Origin: Candidatus Eiseniibacteriota bacterium
GTDB lineage: Bacteria; Eisenbacteria; RBG-16-71-46; JABDJR01
Length of the DNA: 64,000 nucleotides
Direction of reading: 5' to 3'
NCBI GenBank assembly: GCA_963783375.1
Contig: CAWANH010000029.1
Coordinates: 1,152,001-1,216,000 of the forward strand
Shown here: piece by piece, positions 1 through 9,247 of the stretch
How the letters are laid out: each line of letters opens with the position of its first letter
Position numbering within the stretch: position 1 is the first letter of the stretch
Program-made: the position numbers and the translations under genes
Notes under the pieces: generated by a model
Databases searched by the model: none
Seen by the model: only the letters and a program-made list of their open reading frames with translations
Told to the model about the DNA's origin: nothing

Positions 1-3000
1 GGGATCGGTGGGCTGACCCTCACCAACTCCGATGTCGACGCCTTGCACAACGGGAACAAGACGTTCGTCCTCTACGCCAGCAACTGCATCTCGGCGGCAT
101 TCGATTACAACTGCATCGGCGAACGTTTCCTGCTCAACCCGAACGGGGGCTCCGTCGCCGTCCTCGGATCCACCCGGGAGAGCTTCGCGGACACCCAGAC
201 CGGCTGGATCCGCCAGTTCTACTCCCTGCTCTTCCGGCAAAAGGTGCTGGATCTGGGAAGGGCCGCGGGGTTGACCAAGGTGCCCTTCATCGGCGCGTCC
301 AACTACGACGGTCCGCAGCGCTGGTCCGAGATGAGCCAGATCTACCTGGGGGACCCCAGCCTGTCCTACTGGCTCCTGGCTCCCGATTCGCTGGTGGTTT
401 CCCACTCCCCGACCTTCTCCCTCGGACAGGGAACGTTCACCGTCGGGGTCGCCCGGAACGGATCCCCGGCGGCGGGGGCGCGGGTGGCCCTGGTGAAGGA
501 CGGCGACGACTACGGGGCGGGCCTCACCGACGCGTTCGGCCAGGCGGTGGTGGCCTTCCATCCCGATATTCCCGGAACGGTGTCGGTGGGCGTATTCGAC
601 GAAGGCGCCCTGCCGTCCTTCGGAACGGCTCAGGTCGTAGCTCCGCCGGGGGCGTTCCTCTTCGCCCAGAGCCAGGAGGTCGACGACGATCAGACCGCGC
701 CCTCCTGGGGGAACGGCGATGGGGAATTCGACGCCGGCGAGACGGTGGAACTTTGGCTCACCATCGGTAACTCCGGCACCACCGCCACCGGTGCGTTCAG
801 CGCCTCCCTCTCCAACTCCGACCCCTACCTGACGGTGGGAGACGGAGCCTCGTCCTTCGGCTCCATCGCGGCGGGGGCTACGGGCTTGGCCCTCGATCCC
901 ATGGTCATCACCGTGGAACGCGGCTTCGGCGGGAAGCACGAAGCGCACGTGAGCCTGACCCTGTCCGGGCCCTCGGGGATCTTCATCCAGGACATCATCT
1001 TCTATCTCCACGGACCGGAGTACGAGTACCTCACCCAAACGATCAGGGACACGGTGGGAAACGGAAACGGCAACGGGTCGATCGAGCCTTCCGAGGATTT
1101 CTCCGTGATCCCCGAACTCGGAAACACCGGCCTGGGCGAGGCCTATCAGGTGACCGCCCGGCTTCGCTCCATCGATCCCGGGGTGACGATCACGGATTCG
1201 ATGAGCGTGATCGGCAACATCGCGCCCGGGACGACCGGCTCGAACCCCGCGGACGGATTCGTCCTCCGGCTGAACGATCCCGCTGCGGCCCACTCGATCT
1301 CGGTCGTAGTGGTCGACGCCTACGGCGAGGAGTCGACCTGGCCGGTGGAGTTCACCCCACCCGGCCCGGTGAGCGGTCTATTGGCATTCGGCGGAGCCAA
1401 TTCCATCGCTCTCGAGTGGACCCAGCCCGCGGATTCCGACCTGCGGAGCTACCTCGTATACCGGGCGCCGACCCCCTCCGGACCGTTCACCCGAGTGAAT
1501 TCCCGGATCAACGAACGAAGCGCGGTTTACGTGGACGAGTCCCTCTCTTCCCTGACCCGATTCTCCTACCGGGTGGCCGCGTTGGACTCCTCCGGCAACC
1601 AGGGTCCGTTATCCCCGGTGATCTCGGCCACGACCTCCCTCGCCATGCACGCGGGTTGGCCGGTGGAGGTCAAGACCGCCACGGTGGGAGGGGTGAGCCT
1701 GGCGCGGCTTGACGGCGCCGGGACTCCGGAAATCCTCGCCGGCGGGGAAGAGCTGTACGCCCTGACCGCCGATGGCGGCGAATACACCGACGGCGACCAC
1801 AGCAGCTCGACCCTGGGGCCGCTCACTCAAACCACGTCGACCGGGTTCTGGAATACGCCCTGTTCGGGCGACGCCCTGCATACCGGATACCAGGTGGTTG
1901 CCGCCGCGGGCTGGTCCGACTACCTCCTTCACGTCGTGGACCGCTTCGGCGCCGAACTTGCCGGGTGGCCCAAGAACATCGACGTGAACGGAACCGGCTC
2001 GATCAACCCCATCGGATCGCCGGCCATGGAGGATCTGGACGGCGACGGCCTGATGGAGATCACGATCACCGCGGGCAGGTGCATCTTCGCCTGGCACGCC
2101 GACGGCACCGAGCTCCGGGATGGGGATTCGAACCCCGCCACCGACGGCGTCCTGGCGGAGACCGGGACGCTCTATTCCTACGGCACCCCGAGCATTGCGG
2201 ACATCGACGGAAACGGCTCCCGAGAGATCATCGCCGGCATGCGGGACGGGAAGCTCTACGTCTTCAACGCGGACGGAACCCCCTATCCCGGGTTCCCATA
2301 CGTCACCGGGGGCGACATCACCATGGGTCCGGCGATAGGCGACATCGACGGGGACGGCCGGCAAGAGATCGTGTTCGGCTCCGGCGTCGACGCCAAGCTC
2401 TACGCCGTCCGCTATGACGGATCTTCCGCCGCCGGGTTTCCGGTGTCGTTGGCATTGAGCGGGGATTGGGATTCTTCCCCCGCCCTGGCCGACCTGAACG
2501 GGGACACCTATCCGGACGTGGTGGTCGGCGGATCCAGCGGCGGTGTCTATGCATTCAGCGGGGTGAACGGGTCCCCCCTCCCCGGCTTCCCCTTCCCCTT
2601 CACCGATGCCATGGGCAACCCGGTGAGCGTCCTCAGCTCCCCCGTGGTGGTCGATCTGGACGGGGATGGCGACCTCGATCTCGTGGTTGCCGATCATAGG
2701 GGCCGGGTGCACGCGATCTCGAGCACGGGGACCGAGTTACCGGGATTCCCGATCCAGACCGGCAACGCCACCGACACCACTCCCCTGGTCTGGGACGTGG
2801 ACGGAGACGGGCTGAGCGAGGTTCTGATCCAGTCCCTGGACCAGAGGGTCTATTGCTGGGACACGCCGTGGACCTTCGACGCGGCCCGCGCCCCCTGGCC
2901 CATGTTCAAGCACGACGAGCGCCACACCGGATGGGCGACCGATGAGATCCTCCAGGTTCTCGCCACCCCCTCCACCCCGGTCGCCGGGAGCGCCCTGCTC

Positions 3001-3273
3001 CAGCAGAACGCCCCCAACCCCTTCCGCGGCTCCACGGTGATCCGGTATCGAATCCCGGAGGGAGCCACCTACCAGAGCGTCAGGCTCCGGGTTTTCGACC
3101 TGAACGGACGGGTGGTGCGGAGCCTGATCGACGGGGAACAGCCTCCTGGCTCCTACTCGGCGTCCTGGGACGGGAGGGACGGCCGCGGGGTCCCGGTGGC
3201 CTCTGGGATCTACCTGTATCGTCTGGAGGCGGCGGGAAGGGCCCTATCCCGAAAGCTGGTCGTTCTCCAGTAG
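1..3273 (+). CDS. C25 (gingipain-like) cysteine peptidase with Ig/FN3 domains, FG-GAP repeats and C-terminal FlgD-Ig/T9SS-like domain; 5' truncated by window edge
   Basis: Frame open from base 1; NCISAAFD (catalytic Cys region) and YLGDP of C25; FN3-like LEWTQP..YLVYRA; repeated DLDGDG/DIDGDG; C-terminal QNAPNPF...WDGRD..G..VASGIYLYRL. Confidence 0.8.
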   Translation, partial: GIGGLTLTNSDVDALHNGNKTFVLYASNCISAAFDYNCIGERFLLNPNGGSVAVLGSTRESFADTQTGWIRQFYSLLFRQKVLDLGRAAGLTKVPFIGASNYDGPQRWSEMSQIYLGDPSLSYWLLAPDSLVVSHSPTFSLGQGTFTVGVARNGSPAAGARVALVKDGDDYGAGLTDAFGQAVVAFHPDIPGTVSVGVFDEGALPSFGTAQVVAPPGAFLFAQSQEVDDDQTAPSWGNGDGEFDAGETVELWLTIGNSGTTATGAFSASLSNSDPYLTVGDGASSFGSIAAGATGLALDPMVITVERGFGGKHEAHVSLTLSGPSGIFIQDIIFYLHGPEYEYLTQTIRDTVGNGNGNGSIEPSEDFSVIPELGNTGLGEAYQVTARLRSIDPGVTITDSMSVIGNIAPGTTGSNPADGFVLRLNDPAAAHSISVVVVDAYGEESTWPVEFTPPGPVSGLLAFGGANSIALEWTQPADSDLRSYLVYRAPTPSGPFTRVNSRINERSAVYVDESLSSLTRFSYRVAALDSSGNQGPLSPVISATTSLAMHAGWPVEVKTATVGGVSLARLDGAGTPEILAGGEELYALTADGGEYTDGDHSSSTLGPLTQTTSTGFWNTPCSGDALHTGYQVVAAAGWSDYLLHVVDRFGAELAGWPKNIDVNGTGSINPIGSPAMEDLDGDGLMEITITAGRCIFAWHADGTELRDGDSNPATDGVLAETGTLYSYGTPSIADIDGNGSREIIAGMRDGKLYVFNADGTPYPGFPYVTGGDITMGPAIGDIDGDGRQEIVFGSGVDAKLYAVRYDGSSAAGFPVSLALSGDWDSSPALADLNGDTYPDVVVGGSSGGVYAFSGVNGSPLPGFPFPFTDAMGNPVSVLSSPVVVDLDGDGDLDLVVADHRGRVHAISSTGTELPGFPIQTGNATDTTPLVWDVDGDGLSEVLIQSLDQRVYCWDTPWTFDAARAPWPMFKHDERHTGWATDEILQVLATPSTPVAGSALLQQNAPNPFRGSTVIRYRIPEGATYQSVRLRVFDLNGRVVRSLIDGEQPPGSYSASWDGRDGRGVPVASGIYLYRLEAAGRALSRKLVVLQ

Positions 3274-5514
3274 CGCTTGGTCGATCGAGGATACGCTTTC
3301 CGGGCCCCCGAACACCCGCCCGATCTGAACCGTGATGTTGTCGGGGCCTCCCCGGCTCCGGGCCAATTCCACCAGCCTCCGACAGGCTCCGCCGGGAGGA
3401 TCGGACATGACCACGTCCCGGATTTCCTCCTCGCTCACCACCTCCCAGAGCCCGTCCGAGCAGAGGAAGACCACGTCGCCGTCCGTCAGGCAAACCGGTT
3501 CGGGCGAGGCCTCCACCTCCAGTTCCTCTTTCTCTCCCAGACAGCGGGTCAGGATGTGACTCGGGATCATCGGTGACGGGCCGTCGTCCCCCGACGTCCG
3601 TCGCATCTCGGCGGCGAGATTGTGATCGCTGGTCAGTTGGGTGATCTCTCTCCTCGAGACCAGGTAGGCCCGGGTGTCCCCAACATGGGCCACGTACAGG
3701 TCGAGGCCGTGGAAGACCGCGGCGGTACAGGTGGTTCCCATCCCTCCCAGGCGATGACTCCCCGCCGCCCGGGCGTGGATCCTCTGATTGGCCCGATTCA
3801 TGGACTCCACCAGGGCGGCTCGCGGTCCCCCCTCGAGCATCAACGCGAAGTAGTCCGACGCGAATGCCTCGACCGCCATCCGGCTCGCCACCTCTCCCGC
3901 CGCCGCCCCCCCCATGCCGTCGGCCAGCACGAGAAGTCCTCCCGGAATATCCGCGCAGCCGGCCACGATGCCGAACGCGTCTTCGTTGTTGGCGCGCACG
4001 CATCCCCGGTCGGTTCGGGCCGCTGCTTCCAGGCGCAGGTTGCCGTCCTCGCTCAGGTACAGGGTCGCTTCCTCGGCCCGATTGTCGGGTTCGGGGAGTT
4101 CCAGCTCCGGAATCGCCGAGGATCCGTCGCCGCTTCCCCACTTCTCGGGAACCGCGATCTTGAATCCCCGCCGCTCCAGGTGGGCCTCCACCGCCCGCGA
4201 GGCGATTTCCCCCCGCGCGTACTTCTCCAGCTCCTCTTCCCCCAGCTCGACGAAGAGGGCGTCTTCGGAGTACAGGTCGATCAGGGCCTCCACCACGTCC
4301 GGGAAGAACTGGGAGCCGGCATGGGCGAGGAGTTCCTCGAAGGCGGCTTCGGGGGATAGGCCGCGCCGGTAGGGACGGTCCGAGGTCATGGCGTCGAAGG
4401 CGGCGGCGGCCATGATGATGCGGCTTCCCACCGGGATGGCGTCTCCCGACAGACCCCGTGGATAGCCGCGGCCGTCGGGCTGCTCGTGGTGGCAGTAGAC
4501 GATATCCGCGGTCTCCGGGAAGAATCTGAACCTCCGGATCATCTCGGCCCCGATGCGGGGGTGGGTCCTGAGAAGCGACTGCTCCGATTCGTCGAGCCGT
4601 CCCGGCTTGTCCAGAACCTCACGCTGGATGACGTTGCGGCCGATGTCGTGGAGAAGCGAGGCGTACTGGATGCCCTCGATTTCCCGGACGGGAAGCCCGA
4701 GGCGCCTTGCCACCGCGGTGGACATCGTGGACACCCGGAGACAGTGGCCCCGGGTGAATGGGTCGGTCGCGTCCACCTCGGACATGAGTTCACGGACCGA
4801 GGTGAGGTGGGTCCGCTTCGACTCCCGCCAGAGCTTCATGGCGTAACGGGTGACCAGGAGCGGAATCAGGAAGAGCGCCGAGCCCATCGGGCCGATCCGG
4901 ATCTGGGTGAGGGCGAGCAGGACCCCGAAAGGGAGGAGCAGGGCCTGGAACGCGCCCTCCGAAGCAATCGTACCGAACCCGGACTCACGCAGGCGTTTCG
5001 GGGACTGAAGCCCGAGGCCGACGGCGGAGAGAGTTCCCCAGGTCAAGAGATAGGCCGCGGCGGCGGCGACGAGAGACCCCACTTCACCGGGGTCGATGAA
5101 CAGGTCCGCTCCCGTCCTCCCCCCCATACCGACGTACACCGTCCCCGCCGCGCCAACCACCAACGCCGCCCGGCCCAAGCGGGCGATGCTCTTGGCCATG
5201 GGGTTCCATTTCTCGGCGATATTGGAGACCAGTCGGGCGTACACCGCGACCCAGCACGCGGTAAGGGGGCCGAAGACCAGGAGCGCGGCCAGATCCAGGG
5301 CCGCGGTGAGCCGCACGGTGCCGGAGCCGCGGGGGAGCGGGACCGGCGACATCGCCGCCACCGAGATCATGGCCAGCCACAGGATGAGGGTCGAAGTCGT
5401 ACCGGCGGCGCGCTCCACCTCCCCGGCCCCTGCCCCCATCGCGGCCAGCACGACGATGCCGGCGCCCAGGAGGGCCAGAGCGAAGAATCGGTACTTCAAG
5501 CTGGTGTGCATCAC
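3244..5514 (-). CDS. Multi-TM sensor + HD-GYP phosphodiesterase + PP2C Ser/Thr phosphatase fusion
   Basis: About 220 aa hydrophobic N-terminus; LHDIG and HHEQPDGRGYPRGL; PP2C motifs RANNED, ADGMGG, CSDGL, GGPDNIT. Confidence 0.85.
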   Translation of the reverse strand: MMHTSLKYRFFALALLGAGIVVLAAMGAGAGEVERAAGTTSTLILWLAMISVAAMSPVPLPRGSGTVRLTAALDLAALLVFGPLTACWVAVYARLVSNIAEKWNPMAKSIARLGRAALVVGAAGTVYVGMGGRTGADLFIDPGEVGSLVAAAAAYLLTWGTLSAVGLGLQSPKRLRESGFGTIASEGAFQALLLPFGVLLALTQIRIGPMGSALFLIPLLVTRYAMKLWRESKRTHLTSVRELMSEVDATDPFTRGHCLRVSTMSTAVARRLGLPVREIEGIQYASLLHDIGRNVIQREVLDKPGRLDESEQSLLRTHPRIGAEMIRRFRFFPETADIVYCHHEQPDGRGYPRGLSGDAIPVGSRIIMAAAAFDAMTSDRPYRRGLSPEAAFEELLAHAGSQFFPDVVEALIDLYSEDALFVELGEEELEKYARGEIASRAVEAHLERRGFKIAVPEKWGSGDGSSAIPELELPEPDNRAEEATLYLSEDGNLRLEAAARTDRGCVRANNEDAFGIVAGCADIPGGLLVLADGMGGAAAGEVASRMAVEAFASDYFALMLEGGPRAALVESMNRANQRIHARAAGSHRLGGMGTTCTAAVFHGLDLYVAHVGDTRAYLVSRREITQLTSDHNLAAEMRRTSGDDGPSPMIPSHILTRCLGEKEELEVEASPEPVCLTDGDVVFLCSDGLWEVVSEEEIRDVVMSDPPGGACRRLVELARSRGGPDNITVQIGRVFGGPESVSSIDQALLENDQLSG

Positions 5515-5742
5515 GGGGATACGTCCTCCCTGTTCGGTCCCACGGAACCCGGACCTTTCATCCTCCTGTCATCGGCTCCTGGGCCTCGCGGCTGAAGCCT
5601 GGAAAGGGGGCAGGACCCCCTCAAGGCGGGCCCCCAGGGAGCCGAAAACCCGAGAACAAGGTCCGGTCAGGCCGGGCCGTACGGCCCCGGGCCGATCCCC
5701 CCGGGCTTCGGGGCCATCCCTTGCCAATGGAGAGCCCTATCC

Positions 5743-7005
5743 ATGAGCGACGGCACCCATCGGAATCCGGCCGGGCCCGATCGGCAATCCTCGGGGGATT
5801 CGGACCGCATTTCGGTTCTTCACTCTCAATCGGTGTCGCGATTTTCCATGCTCCAGTCCGATCTGGTGGGGCTGGATACCCGAATGGCCGACCTGTTCCT
5901 CCGGTTCGCCACTCGGACCAGCGCGGCCCGGAACGACGAGTCCCGGCTCATGTCGGTGATCGGCGAGTTCACCTTCCAGGCCTTCCCGCGAGCCACTCAC
6001 CTGGTCGTGGCCCTGAGCGAACCCGGCGAGAGTGACGTCCGTCCCCTGGTCGCGGTGTCCCGAACCGGAGACGAGCCGGAGGTAAAGCTCAGCACCACCC
6101 TGATGCGCCGGGTGATCGAGGACGGCGTCGCCCTGCTCTACACGCCGGCGCAGTCCGGCTCCGAGTCCTCCACGAGCATCACCCTCTCCCGGATCCAAAC
6201 CGCCTTGTGCGCCCCCCTGTTCAGCATCGAGGATCCCTTCGGGGTGATTCAGCTCGACGTCCGCCATCCGGCCACCGGCACCTTCACCCGCAAGGACGTG
6301 GACCGGATCATCGTCTTCGCCCATCACGTGGCGCTGGTGCTGGACAATCTCCGGCTCTATCAGGAGCAACGCCGGGCCTTCGAGTCTACGATCCGGGCGC
6401 TGGTGCACTCGCTCTCCCTGAAGGATCCCGACACCGCCCATCACTCCGAACGGGTCCAGACCCTGGCCGTTCTGATCGGAGCGGAGATGGGGCTTCGCGG
6501 AAACGACCTGGAATCGCTGGGAGTGGCCGCGGTTCTCCACGACATGGGAAAGCAAGGGATCCGGGACGAAGTGCTGCTCAAGCCCGCCCGCCTGTCCAGC
6601 GTGGAGAGGGAGGAGATGTCCCGCCACTCCGAACTCACCCAGAACGTCCTCGACAAGATCGCCTATCCCCAGCACCTGCGTGACGTGCCCCTCTACGCCG
6701 CCTATCACCACGAAAAGATGAACGGCACCGGGCCCTATCGCATTCCCGGGGAGGAAATCCCCATCCAGGCCCGAATCATCTCGGTGGCCGACGTCTTCGA
6801 CGCCTTGTTCTCGGCTCGGGTGTACAAGGAGCCCAAACCGGTGGAGGAGGTGCTGGCCATCCTGGAGCGCGGCAAGGGGAAGGAATGGGACGCCCGGGTG
6901 GTGGATGCCGTCCGGGCCCTCGCCCCCCGCCTCCTGGCCCGGGTATACGACGCCTCGCCGGCGCCCCGGGGATCGGACGGGATTCCGGGCCGTCAGGCGG
7001 CCTGA
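5743..7005 (+). CDS. GAF + HD-GYP domain protein
   Basis: GAF ALCAPL...GVIQLD; HSERV, LHDMGK, HHEKMNGTGPY, VADVFDAL..RVYK. Confidence 0.85.
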   Translation: MSDGTHRNPAGPDRQSSGDSDRISVLHSQSVSRFSMLQSDLVGLDTRMADLFLRFATRTSAARNDESRLMSVIGEFTFQAFPRATHLVVALSEPGESDVRPLVAVSRTGDEPEVKLSTTLMRRVIEDGVALLYTPAQSGSESSTSITLSRIQTALCAPLFSIEDPFGVIQLDVRHPATGTFTRKDVDRIIVFAHHVALVLDNLRLYQEQRRAFESTIRALVHSLSLKDPDTAHHSERVQTLAVLIGAEMGLRGNDLESLGVAAVLHDMGKQGIRDEVLLKPARLSSVEREEMSRHSELTQNVLDKIAYPQHLRDVPLYAAYHHEKMNGTGPYRIPGEEIPIQARIISVADVFDALFSARVYKEPKPVEEVLAILERGKGKEWDARVVDAVRALAPRLLARVYDASPAPRGSDGIPGRQAA

Positions 7006-7035
7006 TCCCCCCCCGGATGCGCCGGCCGCCGGGAA

Positions 7036-8106
7036 TCAGGCCGCTTCGGCGCGGGCCAGCGAACGCTCGAACTGGCTGGGGTCGATGGCGTGGTCGTAGG
7101 CCTCCTCGCCGGTGATGACGCCCTTCCGCACCAGCTCCCGGAGTTCGGCGTCCAGGCTCTGCATGCCGATCCCGCGTCCGGCCTGGATCACCGAGGTCAA
7201 CTTGTGGCCGTTCCCCGCGCGAATCATCGAGGCGGCCGCGGGGTTGTTGACCAGGATCTCGGCCACCGCCAGCCGTCCCGAACCGTCCGCTCGGCTCACC
7301 AGTTGCTGGGAGATAACCATGCGCAGGCTTTCGGCCAGCATGCTCCGGATCTGCTCCTGGCGGCGGGCCGGAAACACGTTCACGATCCGGTCGATGCTTC
7401 GCGAGGCCCCGCTGGTGTGGAGGCTCCCCAGGACCTGGATCCCGGTCTCCGCCGCGGTGAGAGCCAGGGCGATGGTCTCGACGTCTCGCAGCTCCCCCAC
7501 CAGGATCACGTCGGGGTCCTCGCGGATCGCGTGGCGAAGCGCTTCCGAGAAATCGGGAGCGTGAACCCCGATCTCGCGCTGGGTGACCAGGGAAAGCCGG
7601 TACCCGTGAACGAACTCGATCGGGTCCTCCACCGTGATCACATGCCCCTTCCGGGTGGCGTTGATCTCGTTCACCATGGCGGCCAGGGTGGTCGACTTCC
7701 CGCACCCGGTGGGTCCGGTGGCCAGGGTAAGGCCCTTGGGCTGGGAACAGATCAGCTTGAGCACGGCGGGGAGCCCCAGGTCGTCCAGCACCGGCACCTG
7801 GGCCGGGATCACCCGGAGCGCGACGCCCAGGCCTTTCTGGTGGCGATAGGCGTTGACCCGGAACCGTCCCAGTTCCTGAACCTCGTAGCCGAAATCCACC
7901 GAGAGATGCCGGGCGAGCCGCTCCCGCTGCGCCTCGGTGGTGAACTCCTCCAGTACCCGCTCCATGTCCTCCACCGAGAGCTCGCGGAACCTCACCTTGT
8001 GGAGCACGCCGTTGATGCGAATGCGGGGGGACTGGCCCGAAATCATGTGGAGGTCCGAGCCTCCCTGCTTCACCGCCAGCTCCAGGAAGGTGTTGATCCG
8101 GCTCAT
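7036..8106 (-). CDS. pilT: PilT/PilU-family type IV pilus ATPase (copy 2)
   Basis: SDLH, GRFRVN, Walker A GPTGCGKSTT, EDPIEF, REDPDVILVGELRD, GSLHT. Confidence 0.9.
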   Translation of the reverse strand: MSRINTFLELAVKQGGSDLHMISGQSPRIRINGVLHKVRFRELSVEDMERVLEEFTTEAQRERLARHLSVDFGYEVQELGRFRVNAYRHQKGLGVALRVIPAQVPVLDDLGLPAVLKLICSQPKGLTLATGPTGCGKSTTLAAMVNEINATRKGHVITVEDPIEFVHGYRLSLVTQREIGVHAPDFSEALRHAIREDPDVILVGELRDVETIALALTAAETGIQVLGSLHTSGASRSIDRIVNVFPARRQEQIRSMLAESLRMVISQQLVSRADGSGRLAVAEILVNNPAAASMIRAGNGHKLTSVIQAGRGIGMQSLDAELRELVRKGVITGEEAYDHAIDPSQFERSLARAEAA

Positions 8107-8119
8107 CGGTTCACCTCGC

Positions 8120-9247
8120 TCATGCCGCGTCTTCCTTCCCGGCGACGTCCGGCGCCGCTCCGCCGCCCCCGAACAGACTCTTGAGCTCGGGCCGGGTGAC
8201 GAACCGGGTAAACTCCCGCTTGTCGTTGGCCAGGATGAACGCCTCGTCGGGATCGATGTTCCCGGCCTGGACCATGCTCAACAGGGCCTGGTCCATGAGC
8301 TGCATCCCCGCCCGCCGTCCGGTCGCGATCACGCCGGGAATCTGGAAGGTCTTTCCCTCGCGGATGAGCTGGGACACCGCCGCGTTCACCACCAGGATCT
8401 CGCAGACCGCTCGTCGTCCCCGCCCGTCGGAAACCCGCACCAGCTCCTGGCTCACCACGCACTTCAGGTTCTCGGCCAGGGTGTGACGGATCTGGGACTG
8501 GACCTCGGCGGGAAAGGAATCCACGATGCGGTGGATGGTCTGGTAGGCGCCCCGGGTGTGGAGCGTCCCCAGAACCAGGTGTCCGGTCTCCGAGGCCTCG
8601 ATGGCCAGCGAGATCGTCTCGAAGTCCCGGAGCTCCCCCACCAGGATCACGTCGGGATCCTCCCGCAACCCGGCCCGCAAACCGTCGTGGAACGTGTGCA
8701 CGTGGGTTCCCACCTCACGCTGGACGATGAGCGCCATCTTGCTCTCGTGGACGAACTCGATCGGCTCCTCAAGGGTGAGGATGGTCACGTTGCGGGTGCG
8801 GTTGATCTCTTCGATGATCGAGGCCAAGGTGGTGGACTTTCCGGTCCCCGACCCTCCGGTGACCAGCACCAACCCCGCGTTCAGACCGGTGAATCGGGAG
8901 ATCACGTTGGGGAGCCCCAGGTCGGCGAGGGCCGGCGCATGATCGGGAACCACCCGGCAGATGATGGCGAGCCCGGTCCGATGGCGGCAGACGTTGACCC
9001 GGAAGCGGCCCACGTCCTGGGCGGTGTAGGAGAGGTCCACCGCTCCCTTGACCCCGAGAGCGTCCCAATGCTCGGGGCCAAGAATCTCGCCGGCCAGCCC
9101 GTCGATCTCCGCCGCCTCCAGCTCCCGGTGATCGAGCGAGAGCAGCTCTCCGTCCAGGCGGACGAGGGGGGCGCGCCCCGCGGTCAGGTGGATGTCCGAA
9201 CAGCCCTGCTCCCGGCCGAGCCGGAGGAAGCCATCGATTTCAGGCAT
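8120..9247 (-). CDS. pilT: PilT/PilU-family type IV pilus ATPase (copy 1)
   Basis: SDIH, Walker A GGSGTGKSTT, EEPIEF, REDPDVILVGELRD, GTLHT; ATG 9247 with GGAGG RBS, overlapping kinase stop. Confidence 0.9.
   Translation of the reverse strand: MPEIDGFLRLGREQGCSDIHLTAGRAPLVRLDGELLSLDHRELEAAEIDGLAGEILGPEHWDALGVKGAVDLSYTAQDVGRFRVNVCRHRTGLAIICRVVPDHAPALADLGLPNVISRFTGLNAGLVLVTGGSGTGKSTTLASIIEEINRTRNVTILTLEEPIEFVHESKMALIVQREVGTHVHTFHDGLRAGLREDPDVILVGELRDFETISLAIEASETGHLVLGTLHTRGAYQTIHRIVDSFPAEVQSQIRHTLAENLKCVVSQELVRVSDGRGRRAVCEILVVNAAVSQLIREGKTFQIPGVIATGRRAGMQLMDQALLSMVQAGNIDPDEAFILANDKREFTRFVTRPELKSLFGGGGAAPDVAGKEDAA

Noticed and set aside
1900-2820. Recurrent GACxxxGACGGxGACGG nucleotide motifs
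   Set aside because: They encode FG-GAP/DxDGDG calcium-binding protein repeats, not a DNA repeat system
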